From: an uncultured delta proteobacterium
GTDB taxonomy: Bacteria; Desulfobacterota; Binatia; Bin18
DNA: 64,000 nt
Direction of reading: 5' to 3'
Assembly: GCA_963733195.1 (NCBI GenBank)
Contig: CAVTCR010000081.1
Span: 96,001-160,000 of the forward strand
Of this stretch, positions 39,561 through 51,676 are shown in pieces. How positions within the stretch are numbered: position 1 is the stretch's first letter; each line of letters opens with the position of its first letter. A model generated the notes under the pieces. It was not told the DNA's origin. It saw only the letters and a program-made list of their open reading frames with translations, and searched no databases. The translations under genes and the position numbers were made by a program.

Positions 39561-41552
39561 ATGGAATCAACACAACTGAATTGGATCGTCAATTTCATCT
39601 GGGGTATTGCCGACGATGTGCTCCGTGATCTCTACGTGCGTGGCAAGTACCGTGATGTCATCCTGCCGATGATCGTGCTGCGCCGCTTGGATGCCGAGCT
39701 TGAACCGACGAAACAGGCAGTGCTGGACATGAAGGCGTCGCTTGATACCGCTGGCATCACCAACCAGGATATGCCGCTACGACAAGCGTCGGGGAAAGCA
39801 TTTTATAATACCTCGAAGTTTACGCTGCGTGACCTTCGTTCTCGCGCCAGTCAACAACAGCTTAGGGCCGACTTCGAGGCGTATCTCGACGGCTTCTCGC
39901 CCAACGTGCAGGAGATCCTCGATAACTTCGAGTTCCGTAATCAAATCCCGCGCCTCTCTAGAGCCGATGCGCTTGGCACGCTGATTGAGAAATTTCTTGA
40001 TCCTTCGATCAATCTGAGTCCTACCCCCGTTCTGAATGGCGATGGTTCCATGAAACAGCCTGGACTCGATAATCATGCGATGGGAACGATCTTTGAGGAG
40101 TTGGTCCGTCGCTTCAACGAAGAGAACAACGAAGAGGCAGGTGAGCACTGGACTCCGCGCGACGCTGTCAAGCTGATGGCGAAACTCATCTTCCTGCCGA
40201 TCGCCGAGCAGATCGAGTCAGGTTCTTATCTTCTCTATGACGGAGCCTGCGGCACTGGCGGGATGCTGACCGTGGCCGAGGAAACGTTGCAGCAGCTTGC
40301 GAAAGACCACGGCAAGCAGGTGACGACACATCTGTACGGCCAAGAAATCAACGCCGAAACCTACGCGATTTGCAAGGCGGACCTCTTGCTCAAAGGGGAA
40401 GGCGAAGCGGCGGACAACATCATCGGCGGGCCGGAACACTCGACCCTCGCGAATGACGCTTTTCGCTCATTGGAGTTTGACTTCATGCTCTCTAACCCAC
40501 CCTACGGCAAGAGCTGGAAAAGCGATCTGGAACGCATGGGTGGGAAGGATGGCATCAAGGACCCGCGCTTCGTGATTGAGCACGCAGGCGATCCGGAGTT
40601 CTCGCTGGTGACGCGCTCCAGTGACGGGCAATTGCTCTTTCTGGTCAATCTCCTCTCGAAGATGAAGACCAACACGCCGCTGGGGAGCCGCATCGCCGAG
40701 GTGCACAATGGCTCGTCATTGTTTACGGGCGACGCAGGGCAAGGTGAGAGCAACATCCGCCGTTGGATTATCGAGAATGACTGGCTCGAAGCGATCGTCG
40801 CGCTGCCGCTCAACATGTTCTACAACACCGGGATTGCGACCTACGTTTGGGTAGTCACCAATCGCAAGCCCGAGCATCGGCGCGGCAAAGTGCAGCTCAT
40901 CGACGCGACGCAATGGTACAAGCCGCTGCGCAAGAATCTGGGCAAGAAGAACTGCGAGTTGTCCGAGGAGGACATCCAACGTATCTGTGAGACCTTCCTC
41001 GCGTTCAAGGAAACTGAGCAGTCGAAGATCTTTCCCAACGCCGCCTTTGGTTATTGGAAGGTGACGGTTGAGCGGCCGCTACGTATTCGGGGCAGCAACC
41101 ATAATCGGGTCTACACGCCCAAAGAGATCAAAGCTCTCAAGGTTGACGGCCAGGTAGATGAAACCGCTCCGCCCATCATCAAGAAAATCCACAAACCTGG
41201 CAAGGCAGAAGCAGACTCGCTCCGTGGGCGGTATGAAGGAGTTATGGATGGAAAACCTTGTATCGTCGAATACGAGCCTGATCCAGAGTTACGTGACACT
41301 GAGCAGGTACCATTGCTGGAAGAAGGCGGCATCAAGGCATTCATTCGCCGTGAGGTGTTGCCCTATGCTCCCGACGCGTGGATCGACGAATCCGCCACAA
41401 AGATCGGCTACGAGATCTCCTTCACGCGCTACTTCTATAAACCGCAACCTTTGCGGACGTTAGAGGAAATCCGGGCCGACATCAAGGCGCTAGAGCAGGA
41501 AACCGAAGGATTGCTCGGGCAGATTCTGGTGGAGACGGAGGGGATGTCATGA
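39561..41552 (+). CDS. hsdM: Type I restriction-modification methyltransferase subunit M
   Basis: GEHWTPRD, YDGACGTGGML SAM motif, NPPY catalytic motif, LPLNMFYNTGI. Confidence 0.96.
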   Translation: MESTQLNWIVNFIWGIADDVLRDLYVRGKYRDVILPMIVLRRLDAELEPTKQAVLDMKASLDTAGITNQDMPLRQASGKAFYNTSKFTLRDLRSRASQQQLRADFEAYLDGFSPNVQEILDNFEFRNQIPRLSRADALGTLIEKFLDPSINLSPTPVLNGDGSMKQPGLDNHAMGTIFEELVRRFNEENNEEAGEHWTPRDAVKLMAKLIFLPIAEQIESGSYLLYDGACGTGGMLTVAEETLQQLAKDHGKQVTTHLYGQEINAETYAICKADLLLKGEGEAADNIIGGPEHSTLANDAFRSLEFDFMLSNPPYGKSWKSDLERMGGKDGIKDPRFVIEHAGDPEFSLVTRSSDGQLLFLVNLLSKMKTNTPLGSRIAEVHNGSSLFTGDAGQGESNIRRWIIENDWLEAIVALPLNMFYNTGIATYVWVVTNRKPEHRRGKVQLIDATQWYKPLRKNLGKKNCELSEEDIQRICETFLAFKETEQSKIFPNAAFGYWKVTVERPLRIRGSNHNRVYTPKEIKALKVDGQVDETAPPIIKKIHKPGKAEADSLRGRYEGVMDGKPCIVEYEPDPELRDTEQVPLLEEGGIKAFIRREVLPYAPDAWIDESATKIGYEISFTRYFYKPQPLRTLEEIRADIKALEQETEGLLGQILVETEGMS

Positions 41553-42590
41553 AGAAGCGACAGGACCTTTCCCAGCGGAAGGTTGTGTCTGCCTCCCTGG
41601 AAGCCTCGTTCGCTGAAGTTGTGGATCTCATCCAGCAGGCGCGGCAACATGCGTTGCAGGCCGTTAACACTGAGCTGATTGATTTGTACTGGCAGATTGG
41701 TGAATACATCAGCCGGCAAACTAGAGAACTGCAATCTGGGGTGAAGGCGTGGTTGAGCAACTGGCGCGCCACATTGCTCGAAAACATCCTGACATCAAAG
41801 GATTCACTCGCCGTAACCTGTTTCGGATGCGCCAGTTCTACGAGATATATCGAAGCGATAAGAAAGTCTCACCACTGGTGCGACAATTGTCGTGGACCCA
41901 TAATTTGCTCATTCTTTAGTCGTGCTAAACGCTCCGAGGAACGTGACGTTTTATTGCGTTTGTGTCTGCGTGAAGCATTGGAGTAACGTGAACTTGAACG
42001 CCGGTTAGCAGTGCATCTGTTCGAGCGTACCGTCCTTGCGCCGCTAAAAGTGTCACCACCGGTGGCACAATTGCACCCTGACGCAACGTGCTTTTCAAGG
42101 ATACCTATCTCCTCGATTTCCTCGACTTGCCTGAGAAGCACGATGAGGCTGATTGCAACATGCCCTAGCCGCGAACCTGCGGCGGTTTCTCCTCGAACTT
42201 GGTCGTGATTTTTCCTTTGTCGGCGAACAAATATCTCGCTGTAGGTCGGCGGCAAAGACTACACCTGGATTTGCTCTTCTATCATCGGAGTTGCAATGTC
42301 TGGTCGCGATCGAACTGAAAATCGGTGAATTTCAGCCCGAATACCTTGGCAAGTTGGAGTTCTATTTTGAAGCCTTGGACCGCGATGTACGCAAGCCTCA
42401 CGAGCGCCCGTCTATCGGCGTGCTGCTGTGTGCCACGAAGAACAATGAGGTCGTCGAATACGCTCTGAGTCCGTTCTCTATCGCCCACACTCATTGCCGA
42501 GTATCAAACCCAGTTCGCCCGACAAAAAGCTGCTCCAGACAAACCCACGAGTTCTATGAACTTGCCCAGTCATCTGGAGAACAATCAGTG
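41549..42590 (+). CDS. YhcG/DUF1016 PD-(D/E)XK nuclease family protein, multiply frameshifted
   Basis: AVNTELIDLYWQIGEYI N-terminus; FLLELGRDFSFVGEQ, VAIELKIGEFQPEYLGKLEFY, PSIGVLLC, VVEYAL; end coordinate approximate. Confidence 0.82.
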
Positions 42591-42647
42591 AGACAGTACC
42601 GAGCGAAGCCGCACGTTGTCTTCTCGCACGATGAAAGGGAAGCGTGC

Positions 42648-44088
42648 ATGAAGCTCAAGCCCTATCCTGAGTACAAGGATTCCGGCGTGCCGTGGTTGGG
42701 GAAGGTGCCGGAGCATTGGGAGAGTACGAAGCGGATGAAGACGGTCTTTGTGTGACAGCTCGGACGAACGTCGCTGGCTCGATGGCATCTTTCTGTCGTT
42801 CGCGGAAGGGTCTCATTGCGTCCACTATGAGAGACGAAGAGAATCACAAGTTGCATGATGATCTCAGCGGCTACAAAGTTGTTCGTCCTGGGAATTTGGT
42901 CGTTAATAAGATGAAGGCATGGCAGGATCACTCGGCGTGTACGAGCTCGATGGCATAGTCAGCCCTGCATATGTTTGTCTACGACTTCCGGGTAGCTAAT
43001 CTCCACTTAGGGCCATGTCTTTTCACGCAGCCTCTACGTTGCTGACCATTTGCAGAGTTCTCGAAGGTGTACGGATTTGGACAATGGGCTTCGTCATATT
43101 GACGGCATGAAGCGATTCCAATCGTTCTCCCATCGTCAAATGAACAATCCGCCATCGTCCGCTACCTTGACCATATTGACCGACGCATACAGCGTTACAT
43201 CCGCGCCAAGCGGCGGTTGATAGCACTGCTCAATGAGCAGAAACAGGCCATCATTCACCGCGCCGTGACTCGCGGTCTCGATCCCAACGTGCGTCTCAAG
43301 CCTTCGGGTGTAGAATGGCTCGGTGACGTGCCGGAGCATTGGGAGGTGCGGCCACTAAGTCGCTTGTCACGAAGGGTCAGCTGGTTCGACATCTCCGAAG
43401 GCAATGTACTACACTGGCAGGATGGTCGATTTCCTATGGTTACAGCTGAAGATGTGAACCGGATGACTTAATGATAGCGTGACATATGACATACTTCGGA
43501 AGATACGATTGCTGAGATGTCCGTGCATCCGTGTATTGCCGAGGAGTGTTCTTGCTGCATTGTCATGGCAAAACGGTTCGGTGTGAGGCTCTACTATTAG
43601 ATCAGAAAGCGTTAACCAGGGATCGTAGCGTTACTTGCCCGCAACCGAACTGCTTACCGAATTCATTCACGATGCGCAGCTCTGATCGTCCTACTCATGA
43701 CAGGCTGCGAGCTTATGCGAGAGTGCTAAGGGTACCACCATGAGCGTATTGAACCTGCGAGAGACTTGGCGAATTGCATCGCATTCTCCTGCCACCAGAA
43801 GACGAGCAGGATGCGATTTGCGATTACTTGATCGAAGACAACGAATACAAGCTTGTCACTGCGATCACTGCGTGCCCAGCGCGAAATCGATCTTCTCCGC
43901 GAGTACCGCACTCGCTTGATCGCCGACGTAGTCACAGGCAAATTGGACGTATGTGAAGCAGCAGCAACCTACCTGACGAAACCAATGAGCGAGAGGAGTT
44001 TGACGGAGCTGAGGTAGTAGCAGACGGTGATGAGATAGCAGAAGACGCCGAAATCGATGCCATAGAGGAAGTGAGTGATGTTGCATGA
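42648..44088 (+). CDS. hsdS: Type I R-M specificity subunit S, heavily frameshifted
   Basis: YPEYKDSGVPWLGKVPEHW, central LLNEQKQAIIHRAVTRGLDPNVRLKPSGVEWLGDVPEHW, terminal LLREYRTRLIADVVTGKLDV. Confidence 0.85.
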
Positions 44089-44107
44089 GAATAGCTGGCT
44101 ACGGAGT

Positions 44108-44765
44108 ATGAGCGTGCATGCGCTAGTATTCGACCAGCCCCAAAATCTATCACATCACGCATGTGGACAACCTGCCATCTATCATTGCTGCTGATGGTAT
44201 CGGTTCGGATGCCCAACGAATCCGGCAAGGATTGGTGAACACCAATATCGGTATGTCGGAGATCAAAAGAAGAAGGTTGGCGTTGGTAGTCGGTTGCTGT
44301 CCGGGTACTACCGTTGGCGAATATGTGCCATTTTACTTCTGTCCACGCTCAATCATGTTGTTCCTCATTCATCGCGGAAATCATCCAGACCTACCTTATC
44401 GCGGAGGGCAACGACCGATCGTACATCTCGAAGCGGATCTCAACAGGGTGGTGCAGTGGGCTGAGGCTAATAATCGGCAATGGGCATTCAGCAAGAGCAA
44501 CGCTGGAGCCTATTACACAAAGTTCTTCAACCGACTCGACCAACTCGATGAGATTGACTGGGCAGCGGTGACTGCCCTAGACTTTCGCGACTCGATGGTA
44601 AAAGAAGGGAAGCAGGCGGAGTTTCTCGTATTTGATGACTTTCCCTGGCATCTCATTGAGCAGATTGGTGTGATTGATCAGCGAATGGCGGAACAGGTTG
44701 TTCCTCTGGTGAGCCAAGCGGCGTACCAACCTACCGTAAGCGTTCAACGAGTTTGGTACTATTGA
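44108..44765 (+). CDS. darT: DarT ssDNA ADP-ribosyltransferase toxin (DUF4433); start region frameshifted
   Basis: In-frame PKIYHITHVDNLPSI, YVPFYFCPRSIML, SNAG, catalytic KQAEFLV. Confidence 0.9.
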
Positions 44766-44779
44766 GCGCCATAGGGGTC

Positions 44780-45831
44780 ATGGCCATGATTGAACTGAAA
44801 CACGACGATATTGTGACCGCGGATGCTGAAGCCTTGGTCAATACGGTGAACTGTGTTGGTGTGATGGGTCGTGGCATCGCCTTGCAATTTCGCAAAGCCT
44901 TCCCCGAGAATTTCACCGCCTACAAAATTGTCTGTGATCGCGGCGAACTCCGCCCAGGCCAGTTGTTTGTGTATGTGCAAGACCAACTGACCAACCCACG
45001 TTACATCATCAACTTTGCCACCAAAGATCATTGGAAAGGGAAGAGTCACCTCGATTACATCGACTCAGGGTTGAAAGCGCTCGTGCAAGAAGTGCGACAA
45101 CGAGGAATTCGTTCGATCGCGATTCCACCATTAGGTTGTGGTTTAGGAGGCCTTAGATGGAGTGACGTACGCCCGCGTATCGAGCATGCATTCAGTGTGC
45201 TGCCTAAGGTTCAGGTTCTGTTATATGAGCCGGACGGTGCGCCACAGGCTTCGGTCATGGCAAAAACACAGCAAGTCCCAAAATGACTGTTGGGCGAGCC
45301 GCTTTGTTGGGGTTAATGAATCAATATCTGGCCGCGCTGATGGACCCTTTCGTTTCCTTGTTAGAGATCCATAAGCTCATGTACTTCATGCAGGAAGCAG
45401 GAGAAAACCTCAAGCTACAGTACCGTAAGGGAACCTACGGTCCATACGCAGAAAATCTGCGACATGTCTTGAACGTCATTGAAGGACACTTCATCCGTGG
45501 ATACGGCGATGCAGAAGATGCTCCGGGTACCCAGATCGAATTAGTCCCAGACGCAGTCAGCCAAGCTCAGGCTTTTCTCCAGCATCATGCAGATACCCGT
45601 GCGCGTTTTGATCGGGTCGCCCATCTTGTTGAAGGATTCGAGACGTCCTTTGGTATGGAGCTACTCGCTACAGTCCACTGGGTTGCAACGCGTGAGGAGA
45701 GTGTTTCCATAGACGAGGCTATCGAGAAAACCTATGCGTGGAACAGCCGGAAACGTATGTTTGATCCGGCGCAGATTCGCATTGCTTGGGAAGTCCTCCA
45801 CCAGAAAGGATGGCTGTCCAAGGGGGCGTAA
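44780..45831 (+). CDS. darG: DarG macrodomain antitoxin (split at about 45280 by a one-base shift)
   Basis: ALVNTVNCVGVMGRGIALQF, SIAIPPLGCGLGGLRW macrodomain; second ORF LEIHKLMYFMQ...YGPYA...GFETSFGMELLATVHW is the DarG C-terminal domain. Confidence 0.9.
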
Positions 45832-45840
45832 AGAAAAGCA

Positions 45841-48833
45841 ATGCCGACGACCGACACCACGAGAAAGGACTCGAAAATCTCATCGTGACCGCGATGACAG
45901 GCCGTCCGACACCGGAGCCGACAGCGAATGATGTCGTGCGCGACGTGACGCTTCCCCTTGGCAGGGCAGTCTGGATTCTTGGCGACCCGAAAAACTACGA
46001 CCGTGAATATGCGGTAGACCTCCTGCAACTGCGCGTTTTTCTGTTGGCAACGCAGAAGGACACCGCCGAAGCGCTTGACCTCAACCATGCCAGCCCCATT
46101 CGGCAGAAATTTCTCGCTCGTCTCCAGGGTGAGATTACCAAACGTGGCGTCATCGACGTTTTGCGTCACGGCATCAAACACGGGCCGCATCACCTTGACC
46201 TCTTCTACGGCACGCCCTCGCCCGGCAATGTGAAAGCTGCCGAGCGCTTCGCAGCCAATCGCTTCAGTATCACCCGACAATTACGCTACAGCCGCGATGA
46301 AACACAACTCGCGCTTGACCTCTGCCTTTTCATCAACGGGTTGCCCATTGCCACCTTCGAGTTGAAGAATAGCTTGACCAAGCAGACCGTCGAGGATGCG
46401 GTGGAGCAGTACAAACGCGACCGCGACCCACGCGAACTGCTCTTTCAGTTCGGGCGCTGCATCGTGCATTTTGCCGTGGATGACCACGAGGTGCGCATGT
46501 GCACCCACCTCCAAGGCAAGGGCTCGTGGTTCTTGCCCTTCAATCAAGGCTGGAATGACGGCGCGGGCAACCCGCCCAATCCAGAAGGGCTCAAAACCGA
46601 TTATCTCTGGAAGCGTATGCTCACGCCGCAGGGACTCACCGACATTCTGGAGAACTACGCACAGATTGTTGAGCGGAAAGACAAGAAGACCGGCAGAAAG
46701 AAGCGGGAACAGATCTTCCCACGGTATCACCAACTCGACGTTGTACGACGGTTGCTGGCTGACGCCGCGCGCAACGAGGGCGGGCGACGATACTTGATCC
46801 AGCACTCGGCAGGCAGCGGCAAGTCCAATTCGATAGCCTGGCTTGCGCATCAGCTTATTGGCTTGCGCCAGGACGATGCGCCAGTGTTCGACTCGATCAT
46901 CGTTGTCACGGACCGCACCATCCTGGATGAACAGATTCGTGACACGATCAGGCAATTTGCCCAGGTAGGGGCAACGGTTGGCCATGCCGCGCATTCAGGT
47001 GACCTGCGGAAGTTCATCGAGAGCGGCAAGAAGATCATCATCAGTACCGTGCAAAAGTTCCCGTTCATTCTCGACGAGATCGGCACCGAGCATCGTGGGC
47101 GCAGGTTCGCTATCCTCATCGACGAAGCGCATTCGAGCCAGGGCGGACGCACCTCGGCAGCGATGAGCATGGCGCTTTCAGAGGCGGGCGCGGAAGAAGA
47201 CGACGAGACTACTGAGGACCGTATCAATCGCATGATGGAAGCCCGGAAGATGCTGCCCAACGCCAGCTACTTCGCCTTCACGGCGACCCCGAAGGGTAAG
47301 ACGCTAGAGATCTTCGGCGAGGCGTATCACGAGGGCGTTCAGGTGAAGCATCGTCCCTTTCACAGCTACACGATGAAACAAGCGATTCAGGAAGGCTTCA
47401 TCCTGGACGTACTGAAGAGCTACACCCCGGTCGAGAGCTACTACAAGTTAGTGAAAACGATCGAAGGCGATCCCGAGTTTGATACCAAACGGGCAAAGAA
47501 AAAGTTGCGCCGCTACGTCGAGAGCCACGACCACGCCATCCGGCTGAAGGCCGAGATCATGGTGGATCACTTTCACGAGCAGGTGCTGGCGCTGAACAAG
47601 ATCGGTGGGCAGGCACGGGCAATGGTCGTGACCAGCGGCATCGAGCGCGCAATCCAGTATTTTCACGCCATCCGTGAGTACCTGAAGGACCGCAAGAGCC
47701 CGTATCAGGCCATTGTCGCTTTCTCCGGTGAACATGAGTATGGCGGAGTAAAGGTCACCGAGGCATCGCTGAACGGCTTTCCCAGCAGCCAGATTGCCGA
47801 CCGCATCCAGGAGGACCCTTACCGTTTTCTCATCTGTGCTGACAAGTTCCAAACCGGCTACGATGAGCCACTGCTGCACACGATGTATGTGGACAAGCCG
47901 TTAGCAGGTATCAAGGCCGTGCAGACGCTCTCACGGCTCAATCGTGCCCATCCCCAGAAACACGATGTGTTCGTGCTCGACTTCATGAACGATAGCAAGA
48001 CGATCGAGGCGGCGTTCGCCGACTACTATCGCACTACCATCCTCAGCGAAGAGACCGACCCGAACAAACTGCACGACCTCAAAGCAACACTTGACGGATA
48101 TCAGGTCTACACGCCCGCGCAGATCGACCAGTTTGTCGACCTCTACCTCGGTGGTGCTGACCGCGACAGACTTGATCCGATCCTGGATGCTTGTGTGGCA
48201 GTCTACATCGAACAACTCGACGAAGACGGACAGGTGGATTTTAAGGGTACGGCCAAGGCGTTCACGCGCACCTATGGATTCCTCGCGTCGATCTTGCCCT
48301 ACACCAACGCCGAGTGGGAGAAGCTGTCGATCTTTCTTACCTTCCTCGTTTCAAAGCTGCCCGCACCGAAGGAAGAAGACCTGTCCAAGGGTATTCTTGA
48401 AGCAATTGACATGGACAGTTACCGCGTTGAGAAGAAAGCGGCAATGCAGATTGCACTGCCAGATCAGGACGCTGAGATCGCGCCAGCGCCGACCACCGGT
48501 GGCGGCTCCAAAGGCGATCCTGAGTTGGACCGGCTCTCTAACATTCTCAAGACCTTCAACGACCAATTCGGCAACGTTTCATGGACTGACACTGACCGGG
48601 TTCACAAATTGATTACACAGGATATTCCGGCAAAGGTCGCCGCCGACTCGGCGTACCAGAACGCCAAGATACATTCTGACCGTCAGAACGCCCGTATCGA
48701 GCATGATAAAGCGTTGGCGCGAGTAATGACCGGCGTCCTGAAGGACGACACGGAACTCTTCAAACAGTTCAGCGACAATGAGTCCTTCCGGCGCTGGCTC
48801 ACAGACACCATCTTCGCACTGACGTATGAGTAG
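45841..48833 (+). CDS. hsdR: Type I restriction endonuclease subunit R
   Basis: DLCLFINGLPIATFELKN nuclease motif, QHSAGSGKS, IDEAH, FTATP, TGYDEP, QTLSRLNR; probable start ATG 45841 (MPTTDT) with a shift shortly after. Confidence 0.95.
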
Positions 48834-48880
48834 TGGGTTCTGTGAGGCCAGAGCAGATGGGCGAAGAAGAAAGGTGACAT

Positions 48881-49662
48881 ATGACAACAAACAATCGCAT
48901 TGATGTCTATCTGATTTGTAACGCAAGATTTCACGATACCAACTTTGCCCGGCTGGAGTTGTTAAAACTCTTGGCTGAGCACGAGGATGTGATGGTGCGA
49001 GTGGCAGAGGATTATCGCGACTATCGAAGCGATCAACCAATCTCAACTCTTAGTGACCTACACATGCAATGTCTGTCCGACACCAGAGCAACAGGAAGGG
49101 TTGAAGCAATTCCTGACCAGCGGCAAGCGCTGGTTTGCGCTGCATGCCACCAATGCATTGGTTGAGTTTGTTGGGCCAGAGCGGAAAGTTGGTGACATTA
49201 CCATTCCCGGTGCAGCCGATACACCTAACAAGGCTCCCAAGCTAATGGAGTTGCTCGGTAGCCGTTTTGTTGCCCATCCACCGCAGCAAAACTTTCATGT
49301 GACGGTGTCAGACCCGGCGCATCCGTTGGTGCGCGGTATTGCAAGCGTTCGATGTGTACGACGAGCCGTACTACTGCGAGTATTTCGGCAAAGTTCACAC
49401 CTTGTTGGAGTCGCGTTACACAACCAAGGCCACAGGCTACGTCCGTGAAGACTGGGACAAAGACGAACCGCGACCGCAGTTCTATCTTCATCCTTACGGT
49501 ACAGGCGAGGTCTTGTATCTGACACTTGGGCACTGTCGCGGTAAATACGATATGCAGCCGATTATGCCTGTGTGTTCGGTTGAACGCTGTGCGTGGGACT
49601 TGCCGGTCTACTATGAGTTGCTACGACGCGGCATCCGGTGGGGTATCGGAGCGTTGCAGTAA
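48881..49662 (+). CDS. ThuA-like (class I glutamine amidotransferase-like) domain protein, two frameshifts
   Basis: Three consecutive ORFs: HDTNFARLELLKLL, GKRWFALHATN...LLGSRFVAHPP, DEPY...GEVLYLTLGH. Confidence 0.72.
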
Positions 49663-49735
49663 GGGTAAGTTCCTTGGTGCATCGCATCGCGGTTTCTGCT
49701 ACGAGAGTGAGCAACTCATCGAAGGAGGGAACGCG

Positions 49736-51186
49736 ATGGCTGATGAACTTGCTGCTCTCGATGCGATGGCGCAGGCCGATCTGGTGCGTCGTGGGGAACT
49801 GAAACCCATCGAACTTATTGACCGGGCGATTGCGCGGATCGAAAAACTTAATCCGCAAATCAATGCGGTTATTACCCCACTGTTTGACAAAGCACGAGTA
49901 CAGGCCAATTCGCCAACACTGTCCAACGGCTCGTTTCGTGGCGTTCCGTTTCTGTTGAAAGATCTTGGCTGTCATTCGGCTGGAGACCCGTATCACGAAG
50001 GCTGTCGGTTCGCCAAAAACGCTGGCTGGGTAGAAAAAGAAGATACCTACATGGCTGCGAAGCTACGCGCCGCTGGCTTCATCTTCTTAGGGAAAACTAA
50101 TACGCCAGAATTTGGTACGTTTCCGACGACTGAACCGGTTGCCTATGGTCCGAGCAGAAATCCATGGGACACCACGCGTTCAACTGGTGGATCAAGCGGT
50201 GGATCTGGTGCTGCTGTTGCTTCAGGAATGGTCCCCGCTGCGCATGCCAACGATGGTGGCGGTTCGATCCGCATTCCAGCGAGTGAATGTGGTCTCGTCG
50301 GACTCAAACCCTCGCGTGGTCGTTTGTCTTGGGGGCCTGACTACGGTGAGTTGTGGGCTGGCTTGGCGGTTGAACACGTTGTGAGTCGTTCGGTACGGGA
50401 CTCAGCAGCAATCCTCGATGTTGTTTCTGGTGCGATGCCTGGCGATCCTTACTTTGCCCCGCCACCATCTCGACCCTTCTTACAAGAAGTGGGAGCAGAA
50501 CCCGGTAAATTACGCATTGGTCTCATGAAGACCGCGGCTGGTGGAGCAATTTCTGTCCACCCTGATTGCGTAGCAGCGGTGACTGAAACCGCCCGCCTGC
50601 TAGAATCTCTTGGCCATCGTGTCGAGGAATCGTATCCAAAAGCGCTCGACAATAATCACGAGCGATTCTCATCACGTGTGGACCTTGGTGGCGAGCTCGG
50701 TAGCGGCAGTCCTTGCGGGCTGGAGCAAGCGGGTTGGTCGCCCGGTTGGACCTGACGATGTGGAGTTGCACAACTGGACGATTGGCGAGATCGGGCGCAC
50801 TCAGTACCGCAGCGCAGTATGTTGAAGCAGTCACCTGGCTCCAGGCAGATAGCCGACGCATTGTGAGCTGGTGGAATGAAGGATTTGACCTCTTGCTGAC
50901 ACCAACGCTTGCTGAACCGCCGCCACTGTTGGGACAGTTTGTCTCTACTCCGAGTGATCCACTCGCAGCCGCGCGACGAACCGAAACGATCATTCCCTTC
51001 ACTCCAGCTTTCAATCAAACAGGTCAACCGGCGATTTCACTCCCGCTGTATTGGAGCAAGGAAGGATTGCCGATCGGGATTCACCTGGTAGCTGCGTACG
51101 GGCGTGAAGATTTACTGATTCGTATCGCCTCACAGCTTGAGCAAGCCAGGCCGTGGGCGGATCGACGACCGGCGGTGCATGCATGA
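49736..51186 (+). CDS. Amidase signature family enzyme, frameshifted near 50650-50800
   Basis: [35 protein letters not shown]; C-terminal [12 protein letters not shown]...GLPIG. Confidence 0.9.
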
Positions 51187-51572
51187 GCGCGAAGAAGAAC
51201 CGTAAGATGAGGGTGTCAAGAAGTGATCCAATAGTACCTATACAGAAACGCACAGCTGATCGCAGTGTCACTGTTGCTAATTGGGAACGAATAGCGGCAA
51301 TGGATGAGTTCAAAGTACTTGTCGCTGCGAAACTCAAGTTTATTGTCCCCGCGACTGTCTTCTTTCTCGTGTATTACTTCGCATTGCCAGTACTGGTGGG
51401 TTACGCACCGCGTCTTATGGAGACGAAAGTCCTGGGTGTAGTAAACCTTGCCTACGTATTTGCCCTGTCGCAGTTCTTCATGGCGTGGATTTTGGCAGCG
51501 ATGTATCTGCGTGCCGCAGGACGGTTTGACGAGATGGCAAAAGATGTGGTGGATAAGATCAAACGACGATGA
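51183..51572 (+). CDS. DUF485 (YjcH-like) membrane protein
   Basis: Two TM helices, Y.R.A..FD tail, upstream of an ActP-like symporter. Confidence 0.85.
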   Translation: MSAKKNRKMRVSRSDPIVPIQKRTADRSVTVANWERIAAMDEFKVLVAAKLKFIVPATVFFLVYYFALPVLVGYAPRLMETKVLGVVNLAYVFALSQFFMAWILAAMYLRAAGRFDEMAKDVVDKIKRR

Positions 51573-51676
51573 GAGGGGAAACGGCGAAATGGGAGAAAAG
51601 TAAAAAGTAGTCAGTAGAAAAAAGGCTTTGGACTTTGAACTTGGAACGTTAAACCAGAAACTAGAAACTTGAAGTT

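Noticed and set aside
43721-43730. GAGTGCTAA half of a CIRCE element
   Set aside because: Inside hsdS, no matching left arm, far from groEL
45270-45290. darG as two separate genes or a programmed frameshift
   Set aside because: The two ORFs match the two domains of one DarG, and the break lies at a CCCAAAA run typical of indel error; a natural split cannot be fully excluded because of the ATGA overlap
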